From: Podarcis tiliguerta
Lineage: Eukaryota
Assembly: GCA_965153285.1 (NCBI GenBank)
Contig: OZ229119.1
Direction: 5' to 3' (one strand)
Length of the DNA stretch: 64,000 bases
Part shown: positions 63,721 through 64,000 of the stretch, piece by piece
How the letters are laid out: each line of letters begins with the position of its first letter
How positions within the stretch are numbered: the stretch's first letter is position 1
Notes under the pieces: model-generated
What the model saw: the letters and a program-made list of their open reading frames with translations, nothing else
What the model was told of the DNA's origin: nothing
Databases searched by the model: none
Program-made: the position numbers and the translations under genes

Positions 63721-63887
63721 CAGTGGCGTAGCGTGGGGGGTGCAGGGGGGGCCGGCTGCACCAGGCGCAACATCTGGGGGGGGCGCGCTTGCACTCGCAG
63801 TGCTAAAATCAGTGCTAAAATCCACGGGTTAGGGGGCGCAAATTACTTGCCTTGCCCCGGGTGCTGACAACCCACGCTACGCCACTG
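63721..63887. mobile_element. Young hAT MITE
   Basis: Perfect 17-bp TIR CAGTGGCGTAGCGTGGG and perfect 8-bp TSD CACATATC. Confidence 0.92.
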
Positions 63888-64000
63888 CACATATCAGACT
63901 TATTCCCCATCAACTGATGTCAATGTTGCATTTCATATGGAACCTGCTGGATTGTAGTTTCATCCATCCTACTGCTGTAATGGTTAAAGGCCACACCTGC

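Overview
This is vertebrate genomic DNA, almost certainly from a squamate and probably a lacertid lizard, judging by its Sauria SINEs and other squamate-type repeats. Two genes lie on the minus strand in the same order as at human 12q21. PHLDA1 has one coding exon at 5627-6142 (171 aa), sits in a CpG island and probably has an intron in its 3'UTR. NAP1L1 has a non-coding 5'TOP-type exon 1 at about 37241-37313 and 14 coding exons from 27835 to 12867. All splice phases join into a 1182-nt CDS (393 aa) ending in the CaaX motif CKQQ. The remainder is intron or intergenic DNA rich in SINEs, LINE fragments, Tc1/mariner and hAT MITEs (several nested) and microsatellites. Nearly all other ORFs in the supplied track are spurious. 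I found no convincing undescribed gene system. The best leads are RNA-processing features: a candidate intronic poly(A) site that would remove the NAP1L1 CaaX box, a candidate in-frame alternative first exon, and a PHLDA1 3'UTR acceptor that regenerates its donor. Also worth checking are the PHLDA1 core promoter versus its long upstream frame, and an OC1-like hAT MITE.
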